Shown in pieces: positions 21,757 to 33,101 of a stretch of 64,000 nucleotides of DNA; the stretch's first letter is position 1; each line of letters begins with the position of its first letter. The DNA lies in contig CAWFOM010000010.1 of the NCBI GenBank assembly GCA_963817385.1, positions 96,001 to 160,000 of the forward strand, read 5' to 3'. The stretch is from an uncultured delta proteobacterium (GTDB lineage: Bacteria > Desulfobacterota > Syntrophia > Syntrophales > UBA5619). The notes under the pieces are model-generated. The model did no database searches. It was not told the DNA's origin and saw only the letters and a list, made by a program, of their open reading frames with translations. Both the position numbers and the translations under genes were made by a program.

Positions 21757-23019
21757 ATGGCAAAAAAAGGAAGAGATCAACAGGATGGGCAGGGACTTCT
21801 CTTTTGCTCCTTCTGTGGAAAAAATCAAAATGAAGTAAAAAAATTGGTCGCCGGTCCCACGGCATATATCTGCGATGAGTGCATTGAACTGTGCCGGTGT
21901 ATCGTAGAAGAAGAGTGTGAAAGACCGGTTTCGGACGAATTCCGCAAAGGAATCCCCGAACCTAAAGATATCACAAAATTTCTTGATCAGTACGTAATTG
22001 GCCAGGAAAGGTCAAAGAAGGTCCTCTCCGTCGCTGTTTATAATCACTACCGACGGCTTTTTTCCCCTGCCGATATGGGAGGAGTTGATATCCAGAAGAG
22101 CAACATCCTTCTCATCGGTCCAACCGGCTCAGGAAAAACGCTTCTGGCAAAGACAATGGCAAAAATGTTGAACGTCCCTTTTACCATTGCCGATGCAACG
22201 ACACTTACAGAGGCAGGATATGTAGGTGAAGATGTGGAGAATATCATTCTTAGCCTCCTTCAGAATTCAGATTACGATGTGGAGAGAGCGTCAAAGGGGA
22301 TAGTATATATCGATGAGATCGATAAGATTTCGAAAAAATCCGGCAATCCATCGATCACCAGAGATGTATCAGGCGAAGGGGTTCAGCAGGCACTTCTCAA
22401 GATTATTGAAGGGACTACAGCCAACATCCCGCCCAAGGGGGGAAGAAAGCACCCGCAGCAGGAATTTATTCAGGTGGACACAACCAACATCCTGTTTATC
22501 TGTGGCGGAGCTTTCAATGATCTTGATGATATTATCGCTCGTCGCGTTGGTTTCAACGCTATGGGTTTCGGGGCAGAAATCAGAAGTAAAAAGCAAAAGA
22601 GGACGGATCAGCTTTTGCAAGAGGTACAGCCAGAGGATCTTCTGAAATTCGGCTTGATTCCAGAATTCATCGGTAGACTGCCGGTTATCGCCACACTGAA
22701 TGAACTAACGCAGGAGGATCTGATCAGGATACTCGTTGAACCCAAGGACGCCATTATTCGGCAGTACCAGAAACTATTTGAACTAGAAGGCGTCAAACTG
22801 AAATTTACCGAAGGTTCGCTACGGGCTATTGCAAAGCTTTCAGTGGAGCGGAAGTCTGGAGCACGTGGATTGCGCGCCATACTAGAAAATACCATGCTCG
22901 ATATCATGTATGAACTACCCTCGACGAATGACGTGAAGGAATGTGTCATCAGCGAGGAGGTCGTCTTGAACAAGGAAAAACCGATTCTCCTTTTCGAAAA
23001 GAAGTCAGAAACCGCTTGA
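21757..23019 (+). CDS. clpX: Clp protease ATP-binding subunit ClpX
   Basis: C4 zinc finger CSFC...[23 protein letters not shown] loop. Confidence 0.98.
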   Translation: MAKKGRDQQDGQGLLFCSFCGKNQNEVKKLVAGPTAYICDECIELCRCIVEEECERPVSDEFRKGIPEPKDITKFLDQYVIGQERSKKVLSVAVYNHYRRLFSPADMGGVDIQKSNILLIGPTGSGKTLLAKTMAKMLNVPFTIADATTLTEAGYVGEDVENIILSLLQNSDYDVERASKGIVYIDEIDKISKKSGNPSITRDVSGEGVQQALLKIIEGTTANIPPKGGRKHPQQEFIQVDTTNILFICGGAFNDLDDIIARRVGFNAMGFGAEIRSKKQKRTDQLLQEVQPEDLLKFGLIPEFIGRLPVIATLNELTQEDLIRILVEPKDAIIRQYQKLFELEGVKLKFTEGSLRAIAKLSVERKSGARGLRAILENTMLDIMYELPSTNDVKECVISEEVVLNKEKPILLFEKKSETA

Positions 23020-23046
23020 TTATAAGCGCAATTATAGGAAGATGAT

Positions 23047-25533
23047 ATGATGTATGATAGAGAAGACAACGGGGAAACTAAAGGGAAAACAGCTGAAATA
23101 CCGCTTTTGCCGCTGAGGGATGTTGTTGTATTCCCCCATATGATTGTTCCCCTCTTTGTAGGTAGAGAACGGTCCATTGCCGCCTTGGAGTCTGCTATGA
23201 AGGACGAAAAAGGGATCTTTATGGCGGCTCAGAAAAGTGCGCAGAAAGATGATCCCGGCGAAGATGACATTTACTGTATCGGCACGATCGGAATCATAAT
23301 CCAGCTCCTCCGTCTTCCCGATGGTACAGTCAAGGTTCTGGTCGAGGGGAAAAAGCGGGGAGTCATACGCGCGTACCTCCCCAGTGAAGATTTTTTTCTC
23401 GTCCAGGCTGAAGAGCTTGAAGAGATTGATGAGGTACCGGATAGGGTAAAACTGGAAGCATTGATGAGAAGCATCAGGGAGTCATTTGAAACCTATGCCA
23501 AGATGACAAAGAAAGTTCATCTTGAAATTGTAGGAACGATCGCTTCCATCGAAGATTCGTCCAAACTGGCCGATGTCGTCATAGCTCAGATCAGTGCCAA
23601 ATTAGAAGACAAACAGAAGATTCTTGAGATATGCAATGTTTCCGAGAGAATGGAAACAATCTATGAGCTGATGCTTTCGGAAATCGAAATCCTTCAGGTT
23701 GAAGAGAAGATTAAAAGACGGGTCAAGAAGCAGATGGAAAAGACCCAAAAGGACTACTACCTCAACGAACAGATGCGGGCCATTCAAAAGGAAATGGGTG
23801 AGAAAGATGAATTTCGAAATGAAATTGCTGATCTTGAAAAACGACTGAAACAGAAAAAACTCTCAGAAGAGGCTCAAAAGAAGGTCAAACAGGAAATAAA
23901 AAAGATGCAGATGATGGCTCCGATGTCTGCTGAGGCAACGGTGGTACGAAATTACATCGACTGGCTTCTCGATATGCCATGGTCGGAGAAAACGGAGAAT
24001 AAATATACCCTAAATGAATCGGAGACTATTCTCGAAGAAGACCATTATGGCCTTAAGCAGGTCAAGGAACGTATCATAGAATATTTGGCTGTGCAGACGT
24101 TGGTAAAGAAGAATAAGGGGCCCATTCTGTGCTTGGTGGGACCTCCTGGTGTGGGCAAGACCTCGATTGCCAAATCAGTAGCTCGTGCTACCAATCGGAA
24201 GTTCGTCCGACTATCACTCGGCGGCGTGAGAGATGAGGCAGAAATCAGGGGCCACCGGCGTACGTATATAGGTGCCATGCCGGGTAAGATCATTCAACTC
24301 CTTAAAAAAGCCGGAACGAATAATCCGGTCTTTTGTTTGGATGAGGTGGATAAGGTAAGTTCTGATTTCCGAGGTGATCCTTCTTCTGCCTTGCTTGAAG
24401 TTCTCGACCCTGAGCAGAACTATGCCTTCAACGATAACTATCTGGAAGTAGACTATGATCTCTCCGACATCATGTTCATAACGACGGCAAATGTGTTGCA
24501 GACTATTCCTGCGCCACTGCAAGACAGGATGGAGGTCATACGACTGGCTGGTTATACGGAACCCGAGAAGCTGAATATTGCGAAGCGATTTCTTGTGCCA
24601 AAGGAGATGGAAGCCAACGGTCTCAAAAAAGACAGTGTTTTTTTTACCGACGGTTCCCTCCTGACGATCATTCGTCAATACACGCGAGAGGCGGGAGTAA
24701 GGAATTTGGAAAGGGAAATTGCCTCGATCTGCCGGAAGGTAGCTAAGAAGATTGTTGAAGAGGGCGGTAAAAGTCGAATCAGGATATCCTCTAAATCAGT
24801 GCAAAGTTATTTAAGTGTGCCGAAATTTCGCCATGGAGAAACTGAGGGCAGAGATGAGATCGGTCTTGCTATTGGCCTTGCCTGGACTGAAGTCGGTGGA
24901 GAGCTTCTGGCTATTGAGGCCTCCATTATGCAGGGGACGGGCAAGATGATCCTGACCGGAAAACTCGGAGATGTCATGCAGGAATCGGCGCAAGCGGCAC
25001 TCACATACGTGCGCGCCCGGGCAGGGATGTTCGGACTGTCGGAAGGATTCTACAAGGAAACAGATATTCATGTGCATGTCCCGGAAGGAGCCATTCCGAA
25101 AGACGGACCATCAGCCGGTATTACCATGGCCACTTCCATCGCCTCCGCTTTTATCAAACGCAAAGTCAGAGGTGATCTGGCCATGACTGGCGAGATCACC
25201 CTGAGAGGCAGAGTCCTGCCGATCGGTGGACTTAAAGAAAAACTGCTCGCCGCGCATCGAGGGGATATTCGGCATGTTATTATCCCCAAGGATAATGAAA
25301 AGGATCTGGCTGATGTTCCTGCAAATGTCCTGAAGAATCTTGAAATCATCCTCGTTGATCACGTAGATGAAGTATTGAAGTATGCCCTGCTGCCCACCGA
25401 AAATATTCCCGAGAGCATCGAATTGGGGGGAGAGTCGGCAGTTGGGAGAACTACTACTGCACCTTTGCATGCATCGTGTGCTGAGGCAGGGATAATAAAC
25501 TTAATCCTTGACAACAGGGGGCATAGCTGTTAG
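23047..25533 (+). CDS. lon: Lon protease
   Basis: [23 protein letters not shown] catalytic Ser motif. Confidence 0.98.
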   Translation: MMYDREDNGETKGKTAEIPLLPLRDVVVFPHMIVPLFVGRERSIAALESAMKDEKGIFMAAQKSAQKDDPGEDDIYCIGTIGIIIQLLRLPDGTVKVLVEGKKRGVIRAYLPSEDFFLVQAEELEEIDEVPDRVKLEALMRSIRESFETYAKMTKKVHLEIVGTIASIEDSSKLADVVIAQISAKLEDKQKILEICNVSERMETIYELMLSEIEILQVEEKIKRRVKKQMEKTQKDYYLNEQMRAIQKEMGEKDEFRNEIADLEKRLKQKKLSEEAQKKVKQEIKKMQMMAPMSAEATVVRNYIDWLLDMPWSEKTENKYTLNESETILEEDHYGLKQVKERIIEYLAVQTLVKKNKGPILCLVGPPGVGKTSIAKSVARATNRKFVRLSLGGVRDEAEIRGHRRTYIGAMPGKIIQLLKKAGTNNPVFCLDEVDKVSSDFRGDPSSALLEVLDPEQNYAFNDNYLEVDYDLSDIMFITTANVLQTIPAPLQDRMEVIRLAGYTEPEKLNIAKRFLVPKEMEANGLKKDSVFFTDGSLLTIIRQYTREAGVRNLEREIASICRKVAKKIVEEGGKSRIRISSKSVQSYLSVPKFRHGETEGRDEIGLAIGLAWTEVGGELLAIEASIMQGTGKMILTGKLGDVMQESAQAALTYVRARAGMFGLSEGFYKETDIHVHVPEGAIPKDGPSAGITMATSIASAFIKRKVRGDLAMTGEITLRGRVLPIGGLKEKLLAAHRGDIRHVIIPKDNEKDLADVPANVLKNLEIILVDHVDEVLKYALLPTENIPESIELGGESAVGRTTTAPLHASCAEAGIINLILDNRGHSC

Positions 25534-25562
25534 TAACTTCACCCATAATCGGGTGGTGATAT

Positions 25563-25638
25563 GGGCGGGTAGCTCAGTTGGGAGAGCGCCACGCTTACAC
25601 CGTGGATGTCACAGGTTCAAGTCCTGTTCCGCCTACCA
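25563..25638 (+). tRNA. tRNA-Val(TAC)
   Basis: CCACG-CTTACAC-CGTGG anticodon arm, GGTTCAAGTCC, CCA; upstream TTGACA-N17-TAGTAA starting at 25508. Confidence 0.96.
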
Positions 25639-25725
25639 TGGTTATTAAGAAATCATGAAGACCGACCGGTGCGAAGCACGAGCGGTAATATCGGGTTTCA
25701 GTAGCTAATAAAGAAGCTATATTTC

Positions 25726-25802
<77 letters not shown>

Positions 25803-25807
25803 TAGCT

Positions 25808-25850
25808 AAAAGGGGGTTGGCCAGCAATGGTTAGCCCCCTTTCTCTTTTT
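25808..25850 (+). terminator. intrinsic terminator after tRNA-Asp
   Basis: AAGGGGGTTGGCCA...TGGTTAGCCCCCTT then a T-rich tail. Confidence 0.75.
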
Positions 25851-25963
25851 ATTGTGAAATTTCGGAGGTGGGATATTCAGTGGATGAGCCGGGTGCTCGG
25901 ACTTGGAAAGATGACATTCTGATCTCTGTCTTGAGATACCGGCCGATGAATCTGAAACCATAT

Positions 25964-26479
25964 TACTACTATCTCAACGTTAATCGAATAGATTCGATTT
26001 TTTTTGAAATAGTCCTCCTGGTTTCTTTAGCTGAGATTTGAAAGTGTTTGATAAGCTGTTCTTTTTCGAAAAGTGTCACGCTCAAAATCTCTAGAATTGT
26101 GTAGAGACTTTGGTCAAAATTAAAAGTCTTCTTCACAATAGTCACGGGAACATAAACCGAGGTGGCGATCCAGATCTGAGTTTTAACTGTATTCTCAGTA
26201 GTGCCGCAAAAGCCTTGATCCTGAGATGCTGCGTGATCCATTGATACTTTTTAGTTGCTGTTGTACCGATCAATACATTTTCGGAACTCGTATGTGGGGA
26301 CAAAGTACATCAAATGGGCAAAGATCGTTTCCCGAAATTCATGCGCTGCCACCTCATTGATGAGGGAGACTGTCACATCCCAGAGATATTTTTTTGAATC
26401 GATAAATAATTTTTTGCATCAAATACGATATATTTTAAAAGTTAAGCCGTAATCAAAAATCAACATTGGGACAGCAGTG
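25964..26479 (-). mobile_element. internally deleted, decayed IS4-family element (DUF4372-type transposase relic), 516 bp
   Basis: Minus strand shows the transposase N-terminus (MNFGK/TIFAHLMYFVPTYEFRKCIDRYN) joined directly to the C-terminus (WITQHLRIKAF/GTTENTVKTQIWIA..SLYTILEILSVTLFEK); imperfect terminal IRs (14/20) and a degenerate 9-bp duplication AAACCATAT/AAACCGTAC. Confidence 0.8.
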
Positions 26480-28030
26480 AAACCGTACATGAACATCTCT
26501 CTGAAGAATCTGATGATATCCGTAGTATCCAGCCTTCTTCTATTTCTCTCTTTCCCTAAGTATGGGAGCGGAATTTTTGCGTGGATAGCACTAATCCCCC
26601 TTTTTTTTTCCCTGAAGGATGCGGAACCGCAAGAGGGGTTCAGGATCGGCTTTCTGACGGGCTTGATTGCACATGTCGGTATCCTCTATTGGATTGCGTA
26701 TGTTGTTGTCCAATATGGATATCTTCCCATATATGTTGGCATATCAGCCATGTTACTCCTTGCCGCTTACCTAAGTCTATACACTGCGTGTTTTGCCATG
26801 GGGATCGTCTTTTTGCGGGGAAAGGGTGTCCCGCTTTTTTTGTCGGCGCCCCTTTTATGGACGATCCTCGAATATTTGCGCTCTCATCTCTTGACTGGAT
26901 TCCCCTGGGAAAATCTGGCCTATTCTCAGTATCGATACCGTGACATAATTCAAATATCCGACATAGTTGGTACTTATGGAATCTCATTTACGATTGTTCT
27001 GATCAATGCAGTTTTTTACGATCTGTTATCGGTTCGGTATCGAAAGAGGTTCCTCTTTACGGAGGCGGTTACCGCGTGTATCATGATCACGCTAATCTTC
27101 GCTTATGGTCAATTCCGTACGGGAGAAATCGCTGAGTTATTGAAGAAGGCTCCCCGTCTCGATGTTACACTCGTTCAAGGGAATATTGATCAAAATCTTA
27201 AATGGAATTCACTCTACCAGTTACAGACAATCGATATCTATCGATCCCTTTCCCTAAAGTCAGCGCATTCCGGGGGCGGCTTGATCGTCTGGCCTGAAAC
27301 TGCAGCACCGTTTTACTTTCAACAGCATGATCTGATGCATGAAGCGGTTGTTGATGTTTCCAAAACTTCAGGGTCTGCACTTCTTTTCGGAAGCCCGAGT
27401 TATGAAAGGGAAAAGGGAGCCGTCTCGTATATGAACAGTGCTTTCCTCCTCAAGCCGGATGGGACACTGATAGGACGTTATGATAAGGTGCATCTGGTTC
27501 CCTATGGAGAGTATGTGCCTTTGAGAAGGTATTTCCCTTTCATTGGCAAGCTCGTTGCTGGAGTTGGGGATTTCAGGTCCGGCAAGGGATTCTATCCTCT
27601 CTCAATCGATGGACATCGACTGGGTGTCTTAATTTGTTATGAAGGAATCTTTCCGGAAGCTGCGGCAGAATACAAAAGGAAAGGGGCCGAACTTCTTGTC
27701 AATATCACGAATGATGCTTGGTTCGGGCGAACGTCGGCGCCGATTCAGCATCTTTCCATGACCGTTTTCCGGGCGATTGAAAATCGTCTGTACCTCGTCA
27801 GGGCTGCCAATACCGGGATTAGTGCCATTATTGACCCAACGGGAGAGATTATCTCCCGCACCGGCCTCTATGAAAGAACGGTCTTGAAAGGCGATGTGAA
27901 AATCATTGACGTGAGGACCTGTTATGCTGCATATGGGGATCTGTTTGTATATGTTTGTGCTTTTGCCCTGCTGATCATATATATATTATCGACGCAAAGG
28001 AGAAAGAAACATGCTGGAAGGAATTCATGA
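26477..28030 (+). CDS. lnt: apolipoprotein N-acyltransferase
   Basis: GFPW, VQGNI, WPETA, YDKVHLVPYGEYVP, ICYE, NDAWFG, RAANTG; start GTG 26477 or ATG 26489. Confidence 0.96.
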   Translation: MKPYMNISLKNLMISVVSSLLLFLSFPKYGSGIFAWIALIPLFFSLKDAEPQEGFRIGFLTGLIAHVGILYWIAYVVVQYGYLPIYVGISAMLLLAAYLSLYTACFAMGIVFLRGKGVPLFLSAPLLWTILEYLRSHLLTGFPWENLAYSQYRYRDIIQISDIVGTYGISFTIVLINAVFYDLLSVRYRKRFLFTEAVTACIMITLIFAYGQFRTGEIAELLKKAPRLDVTLVQGNIDQNLKWNSLYQLQTIDIYRSLSLKSAHSGGGLIVWPETAAPFYFQQHDLMHEAVVDVSKTSGSALLFGSPSYEREKGAVSYMNSAFLLKPDGTLIGRYDKVHLVPYGEYVPLRRYFPFIGKLVAGVGDFRSGKGFYPLSIDGHRLGVLICYEGIFPEAAAEYKRKGAELLVNITNDAWFGRTSAPIQHLSMTVFRAIENRLYLVRAANTGISAIIDPTGEIISRTGLYERTVLKGDVKIIDVRTCYAAYGDLFVYVCAFALLIIYILSTQRRKKHAGRNS

Positions 28031-29100
28031 AAGACTGGCAGATCTAAGAAAGAGAATCAAACACCTGGGAGAATGTCTTTGACCTTCCTGAAAAGGAATT
28101 GCGTGTCCGGGAACTCGAAAAAGAATCTCAGCGTGAAGGTTTCTGGAATGATCCGGGTAAGGCAAGGGAGATTCTCCAGGAACAGAGCCGTTTGCAAGAG
28201 GCTATCGTTAGCTTGAAGAAGCTAAATAGCGACATTGATGATGTCGGCCTTCTTTATCAGATATCCTTGGAAGAGAAGGATGAAAAAACCCAGAAGGAGA
28301 TCGGCAGTGAACTGGATCGGATCGGCAACGTGGTCAGGGTTGATGAACTGAGGATGATGCTGGGATCCGAACAGGATTCCATGAATGCAATTATGTCGAT
28401 TCATGCGGGCGCAGGGGGCACGGAGGCGCAGGATTGGGCGGAAATGCTTCTCCGGATGTATCTGCGCTGGGCGGAAAGAAAAGGCTTTACCGCAACAATC
28501 ATCGATTATGTTCCAGGTGATGAAGCCGGTGTAAAAAGTGTGACCTGGACACTGAGGGGTGAATACGCCTACGGCTATGCAAAGGCCGAGATCGGTATCC
28601 ATCGACTGGTGCGGATCTCTCCTTTTGATGCCGGAGCCCGGCGTCATACATCCTTTGCCTCCGTATTTGTCTATCCCGAGGTGGATGACAAAATCATCGT
28701 CGAAATCGATGAGAAGGATCTCCGCATCGATACCTATCGCTCGACGGGTGCAGGGGGGCAGCATGTTAACAAGACTGACTCGGCGGTAAGGATAACCCAT
28801 ATGCCCACAGGAATTGTAGTTCAGTGCCAGAATGAACGTTCGCAGCATAAAAACAAGGCAATGGCGATGAAATATTTGCAATCTCGTCTCTATGAAATGA
28901 AACTCCGTGAACAGAATGAAAAACTTAAGGAGATCAATAAGACGAAGAAAGATATCGCCTGGGGGAGCCAGATCCGGTCTTATGTGCTGCATCCCTATAA
29001 AATGATAAAGGATCACAGAACGAATCTTGAGTCAGGCAATGTCAATAAGGTTCTGGACGGTGATATCGACGAGTTTATAGAAGCCTATTTGCTTCAGTAA
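28011..29100 (+). CDS. prfB: peptide chain release factor 2 with programmed +1 frameshift (about 362 aa)
   Basis: ATG 28011, 23 codons to CTT TGA C (28077-28083), then +1 frame with SPF and GGQ motifs. Confidence 0.97.
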
Positions 29101-29262
29101 GATATTTGAAAACATTTTCCCGGTGCATTAATAGTTGGGGGCTGAGAAGAAGTATGTTATAGAAGTCCGGCGTTTGACGACCAATCAAACCTGCAGAAAA
29201 ATGGGATGCAATTGCAAACGGGCTTTTTCCCCAGTGCGTAATGACACAAGGAGTTTTAAAAT

Positions 29263-31368
29263 ATGTTCAGAATCAGGATCTGCATATCGCTGATTATCCT
29301 GTTGATAGGCTGTAGTGTCCGGCCGATTCCCCAATTGTCTGGGGTATCCAGCCAGGAGCTCGTCGGTAATACAGTACAAGCTCCAACGGTGCAAGTGGAT
29401 AATCCCCCATCACCAGAACAGTATACGCCTCCCAAAGCGGATCCATCTTTCGATACTACGACTGCACAGGATAGTAAGCGCGATTTATTAAACGCGCAAC
29501 AACCTCCTCCTACAACAGAGGAACCGTCACAAGAAAAAATCACTGCTGAACAGCAAAAAAGTGAATTGTCAAAGGTAGAACTGCATATTTCTTCTGTAAG
29601 TGAGCCTTCTCTGAAAAAGACACCAGCACCACCGATAAAAAGCGAGTTGTCCAAGACTTATCCGAAAGTGAGACAGTCAAAGCCACAAATTCATGAAGGC
29701 CGTAAGGAGTATCTGGATGAAGCGGAAAGGGATATCATGGAAGAAGCACTGGTGCTTTTGAACGAATCTCATAATTATTGGGTGCATGGCGACCTCGAAG
29801 ACGCCCTGGAGATGCTTGATCAAGCTTATGCCCTCCTGATCGATACAAACGGCAATCCGGATATGGCAAGGCAGAAGGATGATCTTCGGCTCATGATATC
29901 AAAGAGGATCCTCAGCATATACAATTCGCTCCAAGCGGTTGCGAATGGGAAGCGCAGTGAGATTCCACTCATCACCAATGCCGATGTCGAGAAAGAGATC
30001 CGTCAGTTTCAGACCGTGGAGCGCGAATTCTTCATTTCCTCCTATCAGCGGTCGGCAATGTATCGTCCGATCATTTTACAGGAGCTTAAGAAGGCTGGCT
30101 TGCCGGAAGAATTGGCATGGCTCCCGCTGGTGGAGAGCGGTTTTAAAATCAGTGCATTATCGAGCGCACGGGCTCTGGGGCTCTGGCAATTCATCCCCTC
30201 AACCGGTTACAAATATGGCCTGAATCGGGATGATTGGGTGGATGAACGAATGGATATCGAAAAATCCACTCGGGCGGCAATCGACTATCTCAAAGAATTG
30301 CACAATATGTTCGGAGACTGGCTGACGGTTCTCGCGGCGTACAACTGCGGAGAGGGCAGGGTGATCAGAACGATTGCATCGCAGCATATAAACTATCTCG
30401 ATAGGTTCTGGGACCTCTATCAGAAGCTTCCCTATGAAACGGCGCGCTACGTCCCGCGTTTTATTGCTACAGTGTTAGTTATCAGGGATCCTCAAAAATA
30501 TGGTATTGACCTTGGAACGCCGAAATCAGCCGCATTGTCCTATGAAATCGTTGAAATAAATAAATCTGTGCGTCTGCAGCATATAGCCCAGAAACTTGAG
30601 GTATCGGAAGAGACAATAAATATCCTCAATGCTGAACTCAGACATAGGATTACGCCCAACAAACCATATGTTCTGAAAGTTCCAACTGAGATGGGCGAAC
30701 GGCTTCTCAGAGTGATTGATGAAGTTCCGGAGGCAGAGATTCCTCGTACATATCTTATGGCTAGGAGGGCGGTCATAAGACACAAGGTACGGGGAGGAGA
30801 AACGCTTGCATCAATTGCGAGTAAATACAAGACCTCGGTTTCGCTAATCATTGACTATAATCATCTCTCCAAAAAGCACCGTTTGTCTGCAGGACAGAGG
30901 CTGAATATACCGATCAAAACCGCAAGTACGGCTGGCACTCCCGGAAAATCTAAGACGAAAAAAACGGATAATGTGCTGCGAATAAAGGTCCAAAAGGGCG
31001 ATACTCTTGCATCTCTTGCAAGGAAGTATGATACGTCTATCACTGATCTGAGAAAGTCAAATTCCCTGGAGAACGATTATCTGAAAATAGGGCAGATGCT
31101 TCAAATCGATGGGATAACTGAAGAAGGAAATAAGCGACAGAAAAAAACCGGCAGCGAGAAGAGCGCGGGAAACGAAAAAGCAAGGATGGCATCTACATCA
31201 GGAGAGCATAAAGAAGTAAGTAAAGTTAAAAAATACACCGTTAAAAAAGGTGATACTCTCAACAAAATCGCCCGAGAAAACAACATATCACTCGACAAAC
31301 TTCTCGAACAAAACAGCCTTGCACGAAAGGATAACATACAACCCGGCCAGGTAATCCAGATTCAATAA
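29263..31368 (+). CDS. MltD-like lytic murein transglycosylase lipoprotein with LysM domains
   Basis: Lipobox LIGC, PLVESGF, ALGLWQFIPSTG, AAYNCGEG, three clear C-terminal LysM repeats. Confidence 0.9.
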   Translation: MFRIRICISLIILLIGCSVRPIPQLSGVSSQELVGNTVQAPTVQVDNPPSPEQYTPPKADPSFDTTTAQDSKRDLLNAQQPPPTTEEPSQEKITAEQQKSELSKVELHISSVSEPSLKKTPAPPIKSELSKTYPKVRQSKPQIHEGRKEYLDEAERDIMEEALVLLNESHNYWVHGDLEDALEMLDQAYALLIDTNGNPDMARQKDDLRLMISKRILSIYNSLQAVANGKRSEIPLITNADVEKEIRQFQTVEREFFISSYQRSAMYRPIILQELKKAGLPEELAWLPLVESGFKISALSSARALGLWQFIPSTGYKYGLNRDDWVDERMDIEKSTRAAIDYLKELHNMFGDWLTVLAAYNCGEGRVIRTIASQHINYLDRFWDLYQKLPYETARYVPRFIATVLVIRDPQKYGIDLGTPKSAALSYEIVEINKSVRLQHIAQKLEVSEETINILNAELRHRITPNKPYVLKVPTEMGERLLRVIDEVPEAEIPRTYLMARRAVIRHKVRGGETLASIASKYKTSVSLIIDYNHLSKKHRLSAGQRLNIPIKTASTAGTPGKSKTKKTDNVLRIKVQKGDTLASLARKYDTSITDLRKSNSLENDYLKIGQMLQIDGITEEGNKRQKKTGSEKSAGNEKARMASTSGEHKEVSKVKKYTVKKGDTLNKIARENNISLDKLLEQNSLARKDNIQPGQVIQIQ

Positions 31369-31382
31369 GACGGTTCTCTTTC

Positions 31383-31836
31383 TCAGTCAAGATGATAGTG
31401 CCTCAGGAGGAAAAAGAGCTCCCGCTCACGAGCATTCATCTCCCTTGATTTTTCGGCACTGGTGTTTTCGTGATTATATCCAAGTAAATGGAGAAGGCCG
31501 TGAATGAGGAGAAAGTCCAATTCATCCATAAGATCGATTTGGCCAGTTGAGGCATCACGGGATGCCGTTTCAACAGAAATGACGATATCCCCGAGGATCT
31601 TCGGATTAATATTTCCAAACTCACCCTCCGTCATAGCAAATGAAATTACATTGGTCGGGGTAGTTCCGATTGAGATAATCGTTGTTGAGCTTCCGAATCT
31701 GATTGTCATCGACAAGCAGGAGACCGATCTCCCCGTCGCCGCAATGCAGCTCCTTCAGAAGAGTTTTCAGGCTTCTCCTGACGCTGTTCAAATCAATATT
31801 GAAAAGCTTCTGTCGATTTTCTATTGAAACAGGCAT
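31383..31836 (-). CDS. ybeY: rRNA maturation RNase YbeY, split by a 1-bp frameshift (probable sequencing error)
   Basis: IRKLNNDYLNRNYP / PTNVISF..LGDIVIS..IHGLLHLLGYNH; extra base in the G4 run at 31657-31660. Confidence 0.9.
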
Positions 31837-31884
31837 ATCGGGAAAGCTGTCGTCTTAAGTAAGAGCTGTTCAGGTTCCCCTGGA

Positions 31885-32910
31885 TCACTCTTTCACCGTT
31901 ATTTGACAGCCCCTCGCTCTCCTTTTCTGCTGTTTACGATTGTTGTAAGCTCGTATAACATCCTGAACAAGGGGATGTCTTACTACGTCAAGTTCCGAGA
32001 AGTGGATAAAACGAATACCTTTCGTTTTACAGAGGAGCTCTTCTGCTTCGACGAGACCGGATATCCTGTCCGTAGGTAGATCTATCTGGGTTACGTCTCC
32101 GGTGATCACAGCTTTGGATCCATATCCGAGCCTCGTCAGGAACATTTTCATCTGCTCAGATGTAGTGTTCTGAGCTTCATCGAGTATAACGAAGGAATCA
32201 TTGAGCGTACGGCCTCTCATGAAAGCCAGCGGGGCGACCTCAATCACCCCCTTGCTAATCAGGGCTGAAGCGCGGTCAAAATCAATCATGTCAAAGAGAG
32301 CATCGTAGAGAGGACGTAGATAGGGATTGACTTTTTCTGAAAGATCGCCGGGCAGGAAACCAAGTTTTTCGCCTGCTTCGACGGCGGGTCTCGCTAAAGA
32401 TATGCGATTGACTTTTTTCCCCAGGAGTGCGGAAATGGCCATTGCCATGGCCAGATAGGTCTTTCCTGTTCCTGCTGGGCCGATACCAAAGACCATATCC
32501 GAGTTCCTGATCGCATCAATATAGAGTTTCTGGGCGATACTTTTTGGGGTGATGATCCGCCTTTTCGAGGAGATAAAAACGGTGTCCAGAAAGATACGCT
32601 CCAGATCAGCAGTACAATCTTCAGAAAGGATGCGGTGAGCATATTCAATGTCGGCAGGGAAAATGGGATATCCTTTTCTGGTGATTTGATACAACTGTGC
32701 AAGAAGGTTTCGGATAAGATTTACAGATAGCTGGCTGCCGGTTATTGAGACTATATTCCCCCGCATAATGAGCTTTACAGCTTCGAGCTGCTCGATAAGC
32801 TTGAGATTCCTATCATGCTCACCGAAGAGACTGACGAGAATATCGTTATCAGCAAAAATGACCTTTTCCAAAATTTCGTATTCAATCTTTTTCTTCAATA
32901 ACAGTCGCAC
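31885..32910 (-). CDS. phoH: PhoH family ATPase
   Basis: [35 protein letters not shown]. Confidence 0.95.
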   Translation of the reverse strand: MRLLLKKKIEYEILEKVIFADNDILVSLFGEHDRNLKLIEQLEAVKLIMRGNIVSITGSQLSVNLIRNLLAQLYQITRKGYPIFPADIEYAHRILSEDCTADLERIFLDTVFISSKRRIITPKSIAQKLYIDAIRNSDMVFGIGPAGTGKTYLAMAMAISALLGKKVNRISLARPAVEAGEKLGFLPGDLSEKVNPYLRPLYDALFDMIDFDRASALISKGVIEVAPLAFMRGRTLNDSFVILDEAQNTTSEQMKMFLTRLGYGSKAVITGDVTQIDLPTDRISGLVEAEELLCKTKGIRFIHFSELDVVRHPLVQDVIRAYNNRKQQKRRARGCQITVKE

Positions 32911-33101
32911 CTTTGATGAAAGACTTGCAAACTAAATGTTCTTAAAAGAGTATAGATGCATTTTTATAATATAATTTTAAATTATCCTCAAGATTATATT
33001 CAATCTCAGCTCTCTGATCAAGCTGCGGAAAATCTTCGATCATTAATGAATACACCATTCGATATTCGCTCGCTTATCCGGCGATAAAGCTGGAGTTGCC
33101 C

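Noticed and set aside
25639..25725. Hairpin in the tRNA-Val/tRNA-Asp spacer
   Set aside because: Structured spacers are usual in tRNA operons; no independent promoter or terminator
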